Of a DNA stretch of 64,000 bases, positions 27,515 through 36,113 are shown in pieces. The first letter of the stretch is position 1; each line of letters starts with the position of its first letter. Source of the stretch: a virus (taxonomy: Duplodnaviria; Caudoviricetes); IMG/VR virus record IMGVR_UViG_3300028886_000028, positions 1 to 64,000 of that record; one strand, written 5' to 3'. Both the position numbers and the translations under genes were made by a program. The notes beneath the pieces were generated by a model, which had not been told where the DNA came from, made no database searches, and saw only the letters and a program-made list of their open reading frames with translations.

Positions 27515-29551
27515 ATGAGAGAATTTTTAACAAGCGGACAAGTTGGTAATATTGAACTTAACGCTCAGAAAAAAATACGTGAGGACATTCAGAATCGTTG
27601 GGACTCTCTAGGCTTTACCGAAGGTCTTGATGGTAACATTAAAGAGAATGTCGCTACGTTGTTTGAGAATGAGGCAAAGCACTTGATTTATGAGGCTACT
27701 GCTTCTGATAACAGCGGTTCATTTGAAACTGTTGTTTTCCCTATTATCCGTCGTGTATTCAGCAAGCTTCTTGCTAACGACATTGTATCAGTTCAGGCTA
27801 TGAACCTTCCTGTTGGTAAGTTGTTCTTTATCCTTCCTGTTACTTCAGAAAGAGAATGGGCACTTCCAGAGAGCTATTCAGGCGAAACAGAACCAGGCGA
27901 TATAGTAGATGGTACAACTGGACGTCATAAAGGTCTTATGGGTTATGACCGCGTTAACCGTAATCAGGGTGGACGTATCGACCCAAGATATTATCTTCCA
28001 GATGAGACAATTAACGAACTCGAAAAGAAATTCGTTAAAATCAATCCAGCTATCGAAGCAGGTGAAGACGAGTATGCAGATGGCTATGCTCTTGCACAAG
28101 CAGTGAAAGAAGACCCAACAATTCCTGCAACAAACTATCGTCAGGCAGGCCCTGAGGTTACACAGTACTTCCAGAAGAGTCTTTATGATTTATTCTATAA
28201 TGACTTCCTTTATGACAACTCTAAGGGTAAGGTAACTATTAAAGTTGGCGCAGCTGTTCCTGTAATGCTTACACCAATGGGTATTCGTCCATTTGGCGCA
28301 GATAACCTTAACAAATATTTCAAGAGTGGCTTCGATGGAACTGTTCGTAACATTATCCTTGAAGTTGATGGCTTCTCAGCATTTAACGCAGGTCGTTTAA
28401 CCGGTCCTGATGGAAATGAAATGGATACAGAAGGATTCCTTGCTTCATTGAAAGTTGTCACAATGAAAGAACTTGCTTCTGCTCCAGTTGCTGATGGTTC
28501 AGCAGTTATGACTTCAGCTTTCCGTAAGTTTGAGTCAATCCCATTCCGTGTAGTTACACAAAAATATGGTAAAGGTATTGTAGAGTATGATGGCATTTGC
28601 GATGCAGAAGGTAAGATTTATCTTGAACTTGACCTCGCTAAACCAGTTGTACAGCAAGCAGGTACTATTGATGGCTATATTGGTGTAGATTCAAATGCTC
28701 TTGATGCCGCAATTTCATCAGGTAGCACAGAGGAAACTAAAGAGGCAATTGCTGCATTGTTCAAGGTTGCTTGGGCACAGTATGATTCTCTTGAACTTGA
28801 AACTGAAATCGGTGAGGTTTCATTCAAACTCGATAGCGTAACTGTTGCTGTTGAAGAAAGAAAACTTCGTGCTACATGGTCTCCAGAACTTGCACAAGAC
28901 GTTTCTGCATTCCACAACATCGACGCAGAGGCTGAGTTGACAGCTATCCTTTCAGAGCAGATTGCTGCTGAAATTGACCGTGAAATACTCCGTGACCTTC
29001 GTAAAGGAGCACCTTGGCAAGCACGTTGGGATGTTAACGGTTGGAGAAGAATGGCTGCATTCTCTACTAACTACACTCAGAAAGACTGGAACCAGGAGTT
29101 ATTCACAAAGATTAACCAGATTTCAGCACAGATTCATAAAGCAACTCTTCGTGGTGGTGCAAACTTCATTGTAGTATCTTCTGAGATTTCTGCATTGTTC
29201 GATAACCTTGAGTTCTTCCATGTTTCTGACGCATCTGCTGAAAGCGACCAGTACAACATGGGTATCGAAAAAATCGGTACATTGAGTGGACGTTATCAGG
29301 TCTATCGTGACCCATATAGCCCTCACTGGTCTATTATCATTGGCCATAAAGGAAAGAGCCTTCTTGACACTGGCTACATTTACGCACCATATGTGCCAAT
29401 GCAGTTGACTCCAACAATTATTAATCCATTCAACTTTGCACCAGTAAAGGGTATTATGACGCGTTATGCGAAGAAGATGGTCAATAATCGCTATTACGGG
29501 CACGTTCGCGTGGATGGACTTGTTCACTGGCCAGTTTCAGAGTTAAGATAA
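27515..29551 (+). CDS. Major capsid protein (T4 gp23-like)
   Basis: VSVQAMNLPVG, RKLRATWSPELAQD, DAEAEL..ILS..I..EIDREI, YAPYVP, GIMTRY; strong codon bias; likely cleavage at LIYE|A (E60). Confidence 0.95.
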   Translation: MREFLTSGQVGNIELNAQKKIREDIQNRWDSLGFTEGLDGNIKENVATLFENEAKHLIYEATASDNSGSFETVVFPIIRRVFSKLLANDIVSVQAMNLPVGKLFFILPVTSEREWALPESYSGETEPGDIVDGTTGRHKGLMGYDRVNRNQGGRIDPRYYLPDETINELEKKFVKINPAIEAGEDEYADGYALAQAVKEDPTIPATNYRQAGPEVTQYFQKSLYDLFYNDFLYDNSKGKVTIKVGAAVPVMLTPMGIRPFGADNLNKYFKSGFDGTVRNIILEVDGFSAFNAGRLTGPDGNEMDTEGFLASLKVVTMKELASAPVADGSAVMTSAFRKFESIPFRVVTQKYGKGIVEYDGICDAEGKIYLELDLAKPVVQQAGTIDGYIGVDSNALDAAISSGSTEETKEAIAALFKVAWAQYDSLELETEIGEVSFKLDSVTVAVEERKLRATWSPELAQDVSAFHNIDAEAELTAILSEQIAAEIDREILRDLRKGAPWQARWDVNGWRRMAAFSTNYTQKDWNQELFTKINQISAQIHKATLRGGANFIVVSSEISALFDNLEFFHVSDASAESDQYNMGIEKIGTLSGRYQVYRDPYSPHWSIIIGHKGKSLLDTGYIYAPYVPMQLTPTIINPFNFAPVKGIMTRYAKKMVNNRYYGHVRVDGLVHWPVSELR

Positions 29552-29576
29552 TTATCTGATAAACAATATTTTAAGA

Positions 29577-29609
29577 AAAGGGCAACGTTTTTGTTGCTCT
29601 TTTTTTTTT
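29577..29609 (+). terminator. Terminator after MCP
   Basis: aaaagggcaac-gtttt-tgttgctctttttttttt. Confidence 0.8.
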
Positions 29610-29637
29610 GTTTTTTAAAATATTTTTTGTATATTTG
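29607..29637 (+). promoter_or_regulatory. Bacteroidota primary-sigma promoter
   Basis: TTTG-N19-TATATTTG. Confidence 0.65.
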
Positions 29638-29641
29638 TAAA

Positions 29642-30628
29642 ATGAATACAAAAGAGGCTTTAGAAAAAATTAAACTAGTTCATGGTGATAAGTACAAAAT
29701 ATCAGATTCTTGGGAATATAAAAACGCAAAATCTGATATTATTCTTTATTGCCCTGAACATGGTGAATTTCATAAGGATTTTTATAGACTTGTTAACAAA
29801 AAACAAGGCTGCCCAGCGTGTTCGTATGGATTTACTCATAAACCATTTGGATATTGGAATGTTAGAGAACATTGCGTAGAAGAGGCTAAAAAGTATGGTA
29901 ACAAATATGAATTACAACGCAAAAGTGAAGGCTGTTATTCTGGTTTAGTAAGAAATGGTTGGCTTGATGATTTATATTTTGATAATTCCATACACTACAT
30001 GAAATATAATGAACCAATTAACTGTGTTTATATTTACGAATATAAGGATTTAAACTCGTTTTATGTAGGTAGAACAAATAATATAAAACGTAGGCATAGA
30101 CAACATTGTAATGGATACAGGCATAAGGATGGAAGTAGAACTTATGATATAGTACATAAATTCGCTCAAGATAATGGTGTAGAAATACCTGAGCCGATAA
30201 TATTAGAAGAAAAATTGACAGCAGAGCAAAGTCAAGAAAGAGAAGATTATTGGAAAGGATATTATATAGATAAGGGTTTGAAATGTTTAAACAAAGCAAC
30301 AACTGGTATTGGAAAAGGCTCTCTTGGGGCTACTATTAAATGGACTTATGAAGAGTTCTGTAAAGAAGCATCAAAATATTCTTATAAAACAGAAATGAAA
30401 GCAAAAAATCAAAGCGCATACAGAACTGGACTTAATAATGGATGGCTTAATGATTTTTTTAATGACAAAAAAAGAAAAGACGCATATTGGAATAATTTGG
30501 ATAACGTATTAAGTGCCGCAAAAGAATGTGTGGGCGCAAGAGATATGCTAAAGAAATATGGCGGTGCATACAATTCAGCAAAGAAACATGGGTGGGTAAA
30601 ACTACTGGTATATAAAGATAAAGGCTAA
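29642..30628 (+). mobile_element. Free-standing GIY-YIG homing endonuclease
   Basis: CVYIY..FYVGRTNNIKRRHRQH..E..W...LN; N-terminal CPEHG..GCPAC Zn module; repeated YWN..C.EEAKKY units. Confidence 0.8.
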
Positions 30629-30638
30629 CCTTAAATGG

Positions 30639-30887
30639 TTAGCCTTTTTTGTTTCTAATAATTTCATCTAACTTCTTTTTTTCTTCTTCATTACACAGTT
30701 CAAAAAATTTTTGATAATTGATTTGTAAATCATATTTTTTGTCTGATACGTCTTTTAATTCATCGAACATATTGCAATAATATGCTTCAAATTGATAATA
30801 TCCTTTTTTTGTTATTCCTTTTATGATTGCCATGTCTTCTGATGCGTGATTGATAATGTAATCTCCTGGTTTAAAAGTTGGTTCCAT
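30639..30887 (-). CDS. Hypothetical protein
   Basis: ORF ending at the bidirectional terminator 30620-30650. Confidence 0.6.
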   Translation of the reverse strand: MEPTFKPGDYIINHASEDMAIIKGITKKGYYQFEAYYCNMFDELKDVSDKKYDLQINYQKFFELCNEEEKKKLDEIIRNKKG

Positions 30888-30970
30888 AATTAATATTTTT
30901 TATAAAATTATAATTCTAATATATTTCTAAATATTTATAAGTAATGAGTTTTATAAAATATTTTTATAAT

Positions 30971-33490
30971 ATGTCAAAAAAATATATGAATACACTGGAC
31001 TTTTATGGTTACAGAGAAAACAATATGATGGAATCAACATTTGATTCATCTTATACAGTAAGTGTATCAGACAAAGATGGTAACATAATAACAATTGAGA
31101 AGGGCAATTCTCTTTATGCTTGTGTTAAATTGGCATTTGACACAAACACAGGTATTTTGAGTTTACTTGATGCCGCTCATAATGATTCTGTTCTTGCTGA
31201 AGTCGAAATGCCAAATGCTGATTATATCTACAATTGTAGATTTGACGAAGAAAAGAATGCCATTCTATTTGATGTCAAGTCTCTTTATGGCGATAATACC
31301 GATACTATAGAACTTGATGTTGAAAGTTTGGTAGAACTTTACGAAGCCGGTCAAGGTATTGAAATTGGTGAGAAAAGCGAAGAAACTGGAAGAAGACCAA
31401 TTAACGTTAAACTTGCAGAGGAAAATGGTTTACTCACATTAACTGATGAAGGGCTTGGCATTGATGGCAAAGTTGTTACAGAAGATGAGCTTGATGCTGC
31501 AATAAGTGGAAAGGCTGATGCTGAATGGGTTGAAGAAATATTATCAGGTTTAACTGGTGTTACTGAAATTATTGAATTGGTCGAAGAACACGAAGATGAA
31601 ATTGAGAAGTTAAAGAAAATTGTCGGTACTGAAGAAGAAGTTCCTTCACTTTTTGAACAAATAGAAAGCAATAGAGAAGATGTTTCTGAGCTTGATGGAG
31701 AAATTGGAGAGATTAGTGGAGTAGTAGGAACGATTGAAAACAATCTTTCAACGATAGTTGGTGATGTAGAGTTGTTAAAAGATAAACTTGATGAAGAAGT
31801 GGCAAGAACAATCAGTGCTGAAACAGAACTTAATGAGAAGTTATGTGAAGAAATAGAGGCTCGTAAGTCTGGTTCAGTAGTAAGTGCTGATTATGATTCT
31901 ACAGAAAAGTTGATTATTTTCTACAACGCGAATGATGAAGTCATTGATTCAATTGATGCTACTGCATTTATTAAAGATGGCATGGTTGATTCAGTGGAAC
32001 TTGTGAAAATATCTGGTAGTACATATTTACGCATAGTATTCAATACTGATGCCGGTAAAGATGACCTATATATTAATATAGGTGACATATTCAATACTGA
32101 TAATTATTATACAAAAAGTGAAATTAATGAATTAAAAGATGAAATAATAACGATTATCAGTGACGATGAGGAAACTGTTGCTGTTGCATTAGGAGACCTT
32201 AATGTTAGAAAACTTGATATTTCAGCATATACACCGGCTGATTTTTCAAATTATTATACTAAAGGACAGGTCGATACTAAGGTAAGTGATATTAACAATT
32301 CAATATCAGCAGTGCAAAGGTCAGTAACAAATCTTGATTTTAAAAAGTTAGATGCTAGTGCTTATACACCAACAGACCTTTCTGACTATTATACTAAGGA
32401 GGAAACAAACAATAAATTAAGTAAGAAACTTGATACCAGCGCTTATACCCCAACTGATTTATCTGATTATTATACTAAAGAAGATGTAAACTATAAATTA
32501 AGCGAAAAACTTGATACAAGTGCTTATACACCGGTTGATTTATCTGATTATTACACAAAAGAAAATGTTAATGATATAATAATAGAAAATGAAGAAATAA
32601 TATCTGCTGCGTTGAATGATTTAAAACATAGTAAATTAGACTCAAGTGCTTATACGCCTGTTGATTTGTCTGATTACTATACAAAAGAAGACGTTAATGC
32701 AATTATAATAGACGATGAAGAGGTAATAAGTTCAGCATTAAATGATTTAAAAAGTAATAAGTTAGACATTAGTGCATATACACCAGTTGATTTATCTGAT
32801 TATTATACTAAAGAAGAAACAAACGATGAATTAGATAATAAATTAGACATATCAGCTTATACGCCAACAGACCTTTCGAATTATTATACTAAGGAAGATA
32901 CAAGTGCGTCAACTGAAATTTCTGACGCATTGGAAGAAAAGGTTAATTATCAAGAGTATATTTCGCATGCCATCAATTCTGATTTGCATTTCAATGGTTC
33001 TGAAAAAGAAAATCTTGACTCTCTAGAAGCAAATATTACTGCAATAAGTGGAATTTCATCTACTAATGTCGGTAATTGGAATGATGCATATGATAAAAAA
33101 CATATTCACGATAATAAATCGTATATTGATTCTATAAGTGGAAATGTTGGGACTATGGCTTATGAAAGCACAAATACATATTCAAGTGCTACGCAAGTTA
33201 ATACTGCATTGTCAGATAAGGCAGATATTTCAGCAGTTACAGAAGCCATTAGCAACATAACAATTACTTCTAATGCTGTAATTTCTATGGGTAATTATAT
33301 TATAGCAGAAAGTGGAACTCCAATAGCAGATTCAGATACTCTTAATCAGGCAATAGGAAAACTTGAAAAGATGATTGAAGAACTAAAATTATATATCAAT
33401 AGCATTAAAGATATTATAATTGACAATGAAGAAATTACAGCGGCTTCATTAAATGAACTTGATAATAGGATTAAACTTTTGGAGGAATAA
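30971..33490 (+). CDS. Fibre/coiled-coil virion protein A
   Basis: Paralogous N-terminus with 39121; seven KLD.SAYTP.DLSDYYTK repeats. Confidence 0.75.
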   Translation: MSKKYMNTLDFYGYRENNMMESTFDSSYTVSVSDKDGNIITIEKGNSLYACVKLAFDTNTGILSLLDAAHNDSVLAEVEMPNADYIYNCRFDEEKNAILFDVKSLYGDNTDTIELDVESLVELYEAGQGIEIGEKSEETGRRPINVKLAEENGLLTLTDEGLGIDGKVVTEDELDAAISGKADAEWVEEILSGLTGVTEIIELVEEHEDEIEKLKKIVGTEEEVPSLFEQIESNREDVSELDGEIGEISGVVGTIENNLSTIVGDVELLKDKLDEEVARTISAETELNEKLCEEIEARKSGSVVSADYDSTEKLIIFYNANDEVIDSIDATAFIKDGMVDSVELVKISGSTYLRIVFNTDAGKDDLYINIGDIFNTDNYYTKSEINELKDEIITIISDDEETVAVALGDLNVRKLDISAYTPADFSNYYTKGQVDTKVSDINNSISAVQRSVTNLDFKKLDASAYTPTDLSDYYTKEETNNKLSKKLDTSAYTPTDLSDYYTKEDVNYKLSEKLDTSAYTPVDLSDYYTKENVNDIIIENEEIISAALNDLKHSKLDSSAYTPVDLSDYYTKEDVNAIIIDDEEVISSALNDLKSNKLDISAYTPVDLSDYYTKEETNDELDNKLDISAYTPTDLSNYYTKEDTSASTEISDALEEKVNYQEYISHAINSDLHFNGSEKENLDSLEANITAISGISSTNVGNWNDAYDKKHIHDNKSYIDSISGNVGTMAYESTNTYSSATQVNTALSDKADISAVTEAISNITITSNAVISMGNYIIAESGTPIADSDTLNQAIGKLEKMIEELKLYINSIKDIIIDNEEITAASLNELDNRIKLLEE
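32209..32900 (+). repeat. Seven coding repeats KLDxSAYTPxDLSDYYTKE
   Basis: Seen in the translation. Confidence 0.85.
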
Positions 33491-33555
33491 AAAAATAATT
33501 TAACACTTATTGTGATATTTATAATAAACTAATATTGCACAAATCAATAAAAAAT

Positions 33556-35898
33556 ATGAAATATTTAAGAAAATTTAATAGCCATTCAGATTATGAGGCG
33601 GCTGAAAGTAGTTTAGATTTGCCTAATGTTGCATATTGTAAGCAAGAAGATGATGTTCATTACAAACCTCTTGTTGTTGTTGAGGTGACGGGCGTTACTA
33701 TTAACAAACAGACTTTAGAACTTGCAAAAGGTTCAACTGAAACATTAATTGCAACAGTGAAACCAGCAAATGCAACAAACAAATCAGTTACGTGGGCATC
33801 AAGTAATGAAAACGTATTCACTGTATCATCAGATGGCCTAGTAACTGCTGTAGGAAATAATGGCAATGCAACCATTACAGTTACAACAGTTGATGGAGGC
33901 TTCACTGCCCAATGTACAGCCAATGTAGTTGTTCCAGTGGCAGTAACAGGTGTCACACTTAATAAGTCTACTATTAATTTAAGTAGCGGAGATTCTGAAA
34001 CACTTGTGGCTACTGTATTACCTAACAATGCAGCAAATAAAAATGTAGAATGGGCATCAAGTAATAATAGTGTTGCTACAGTAACATCAAATGGTTTGGT
34101 AACAGTTGTTGGAAACCCAGGAGATAGTGCAACCATTACAGTTACAACAGTTGATGGAGGCTTCACTGCTCAATGTGGTGTGACAGTTGATGACCCATGT
34201 GCAAGTGAAATTATAGAGACAACATATAGTTATGTTGACCTTGGATTGCCTAGTGGAAGATTATGGGCAAATAAGAACATCGGAGCATTGACTGAAACTG
34301 ATTACGGCCAGTATTTCCAATGGGGCGATACAAGTGGATACACCGCTGAACAAATAAGTGGTGGCTGCAAGGCATTTGCTTGGACTGGTTATAAGTACAA
34401 CGGTGATGGAGCAAGCCCATCTGCTTCTGATATGACCAAGTACAATTCAACTGATAATTTAACTGTAATTCAATTATCTGATGATGCAGCAAAGGCTAAT
34501 ATGGGTAATAATTGGAGAATTGCAAGTGAAGATGAGTATCTTGAACTTATAAATAACACGAATTATGAATGGACCACTATTAATGGGGTTTATGGATATA
34601 AGTTCATTAACAAGTCAGATTCAACTAAGTATATATTCTTACCAGCTGCTGGTAAAGCTGAAAATGCATCAGTAAATAATACTGAGGTAAGAGGATATTA
34701 TGCAACTAGTAGTATTAATAGTATACTAGCCTCTAGATGTTTGTATTTCTATATTGATGACTCTTTAATTATGGCAAACAGCAGCCGTTGCGTTGGTTTT
34801 TCTGTTCGCGCTGTAAAAACAAGTATTGCTGACCAACCATTGGCATTCACTGCTCTTGAGGATGGAACATTCAAATTCACTGGTAGAGCAGCACAAACTT
34901 CTGGAAACAATTTGAGCTATTCCCTTGACAGTGGTGAGACTTGGACAGTGTTGGCAAATGGTGCTGATTCTCCAACCGTGACTGCTGGTAAAAAGATTAT
35001 GTGGAAAAATGAAAGTACTTTAACCTCTTACGAAGGTGTTGGAACTTTCAGTTCCAGCGCAAAATTTAATGCTGAAGGAAATTTCCTCTCTATATTGAGA
35101 GGTGATAATTTTATCGGCGTTCAAAATAGTACTGCCGGTTCACTCGCTAGCTTTTTATTTGATGGGTGTACTCATTTAGTAAGTGCTGAAAACTTATCAT
35201 TATATTTAGTTAAACCAACATATAGAGCGTTTTATTGTATGTTTAGAGGCTGTACAAACCTAACAACAGCGCCACAATTAATGTCCCTTAATGTTGGTAG
35301 CGGGGCTTATGATTCTATGTTCCGAGATTGTACAAGTCTAACGACAGTCCATTCATTACCTGCTATGACAGTTGATTCTAGTGCATACAATTCCATGTTC
35401 CTTAATTGTACAAGTTTAACTACAGCACCCGAGTTACCAGCAACTACATTGGCAAATTACTGTTACAATTCTATATTCCAAAATTGTACAAGTTTAACTA
35501 CAGCACCCGAGTTACCAGCAACTACATTGGCAAATTACTGTTATAAAGGAATGTTCAAAGGTTGTACAAGTCTAACGACAGCGCCTGAGTTGCCAGCAGC
35601 AACAGTACCTACTAGCGCTTATACATCTATGTTCCAAGGTTGTACAAGTCTAACGACAGCGCCTGAGTTATCAGCAACAACATTGGGAGATTATTGTTAT
35701 GCTGAAATGTTCTATGGTTGTACGTCATTGAACAGTATAACTTGTTTAGCAACAGACATTAGTGCAACAAACTGCACATCTAATTGGGTAAATGGAGTTG
35801 CAAGCAATGGTACATTCACTAAAGCAGCAAGTATGAATGATTGGACAACTGGTATTAATGGCATTCCTAACAATTGGGAAGTAAATGATTCTATATGA
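33556..35898 (+). CDS. Adhesin-like protein: two Ig-like (Big_2) domains, C-type-lectin-fold domain, LRR
   Basis: V.GVT.NK..L.ATV.P.NA.NK.V.W.SS twice; VDLGLPSG.LWA..NIGA..GFSVRAV; TTAPELPATTL..CY..MF repeats. Confidence 0.8.
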   Translation: MKYLRKFNSHSDYEAAESSLDLPNVAYCKQEDDVHYKPLVVVEVTGVTINKQTLELAKGSTETLIATVKPANATNKSVTWASSNENVFTVSSDGLVTAVGNNGNATITVTTVDGGFTAQCTANVVVPVAVTGVTLNKSTINLSSGDSETLVATVLPNNAANKNVEWASSNNSVATVTSNGLVTVVGNPGDSATITVTTVDGGFTAQCGVTVDDPCASEIIETTYSYVDLGLPSGRLWANKNIGALTETDYGQYFQWGDTSGYTAEQISGGCKAFAWTGYKYNGDGASPSASDMTKYNSTDNLTVIQLSDDAAKANMGNNWRIASEDEYLELINNTNYEWTTINGVYGYKFINKSDSTKYIFLPAAGKAENASVNNTEVRGYYATSSINSILASRCLYFYIDDSLIMANSSRCVGFSVRAVKTSIADQPLAFTALEDGTFKFTGRAAQTSGNNLSYSLDSGETWTVLANGADSPTVTAGKKIMWKNESTLTSYEGVGTFSSSAKFNAEGNFLSILRGDNFIGVQNSTAGSLASFLFDGCTHLVSAENLSLYLVKPTYRAFYCMFRGCTNLTTAPQLMSLNVGSGAYDSMFRDCTSLTTVHSLPAMTVDSSAYNSMFLNCTSLTTAPELPATTLANYCYNSIFQNCTSLTTAPELPATTLANYCYKGMFKGCTSLTTAPELPAATVPTSAYTSMFQGCTSLTTAPELSATTLGDYCYAEMFYGCTSLNSITCLATDISATNCTSNWVNGVASNGTFTKAASMNDWTTGINGIPNNWEVNDSI

Positions 35899-36017
35899 CA
35901 AATAGAACAGAAATTGTAGTTAATAACCATGTATTATATGGCGATTCAAGTACAGTTAAAATAGATTACTACACACGTAGTCAAGGTAAGTCTGTAAGAA
36001 GAGTAATTAATTTCTAA
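35895..36017 (+). pseudogene. 40-aa ORF resembling the C-terminus of a lectin-fold domain
   Basis: ATGA overlap; ends RSQGKSVRRVINF, compare RCVGFSVRAV in the upstream gene. Confidence 0.4.
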
Positions 36018-36034
36018 AAAATTAAATAACAACA

Positions 36035-36071
36035 AAAAAAAAGGAATAACAGTAGAGTTATTCCTTTTTTT
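36035..36071 (+). terminator. Rho-independent terminator
   Basis: aaaaaaggaataac-agtaga-gttattccttttttt. Confidence 0.85.
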
Positions 36072-36113
36072 ACTTTATTTTGAAATATTTATATAAGAAT
36101 ACACGCATATAAT

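Noticed and set aside
16618-29551. Inteins or introns in terminase, portal or MCP
   Set aside because: ORFs are continuous; no C/S...HN-[CST] intein ends or LAGLIDADG motifs seen; MCP insertions look like surface domains
34680-36017. DGR template/variable repeat pair
   Set aside because: The two segments are similar only at peptide level, without adenine-specific near-identity; no reverse transcriptase in the window
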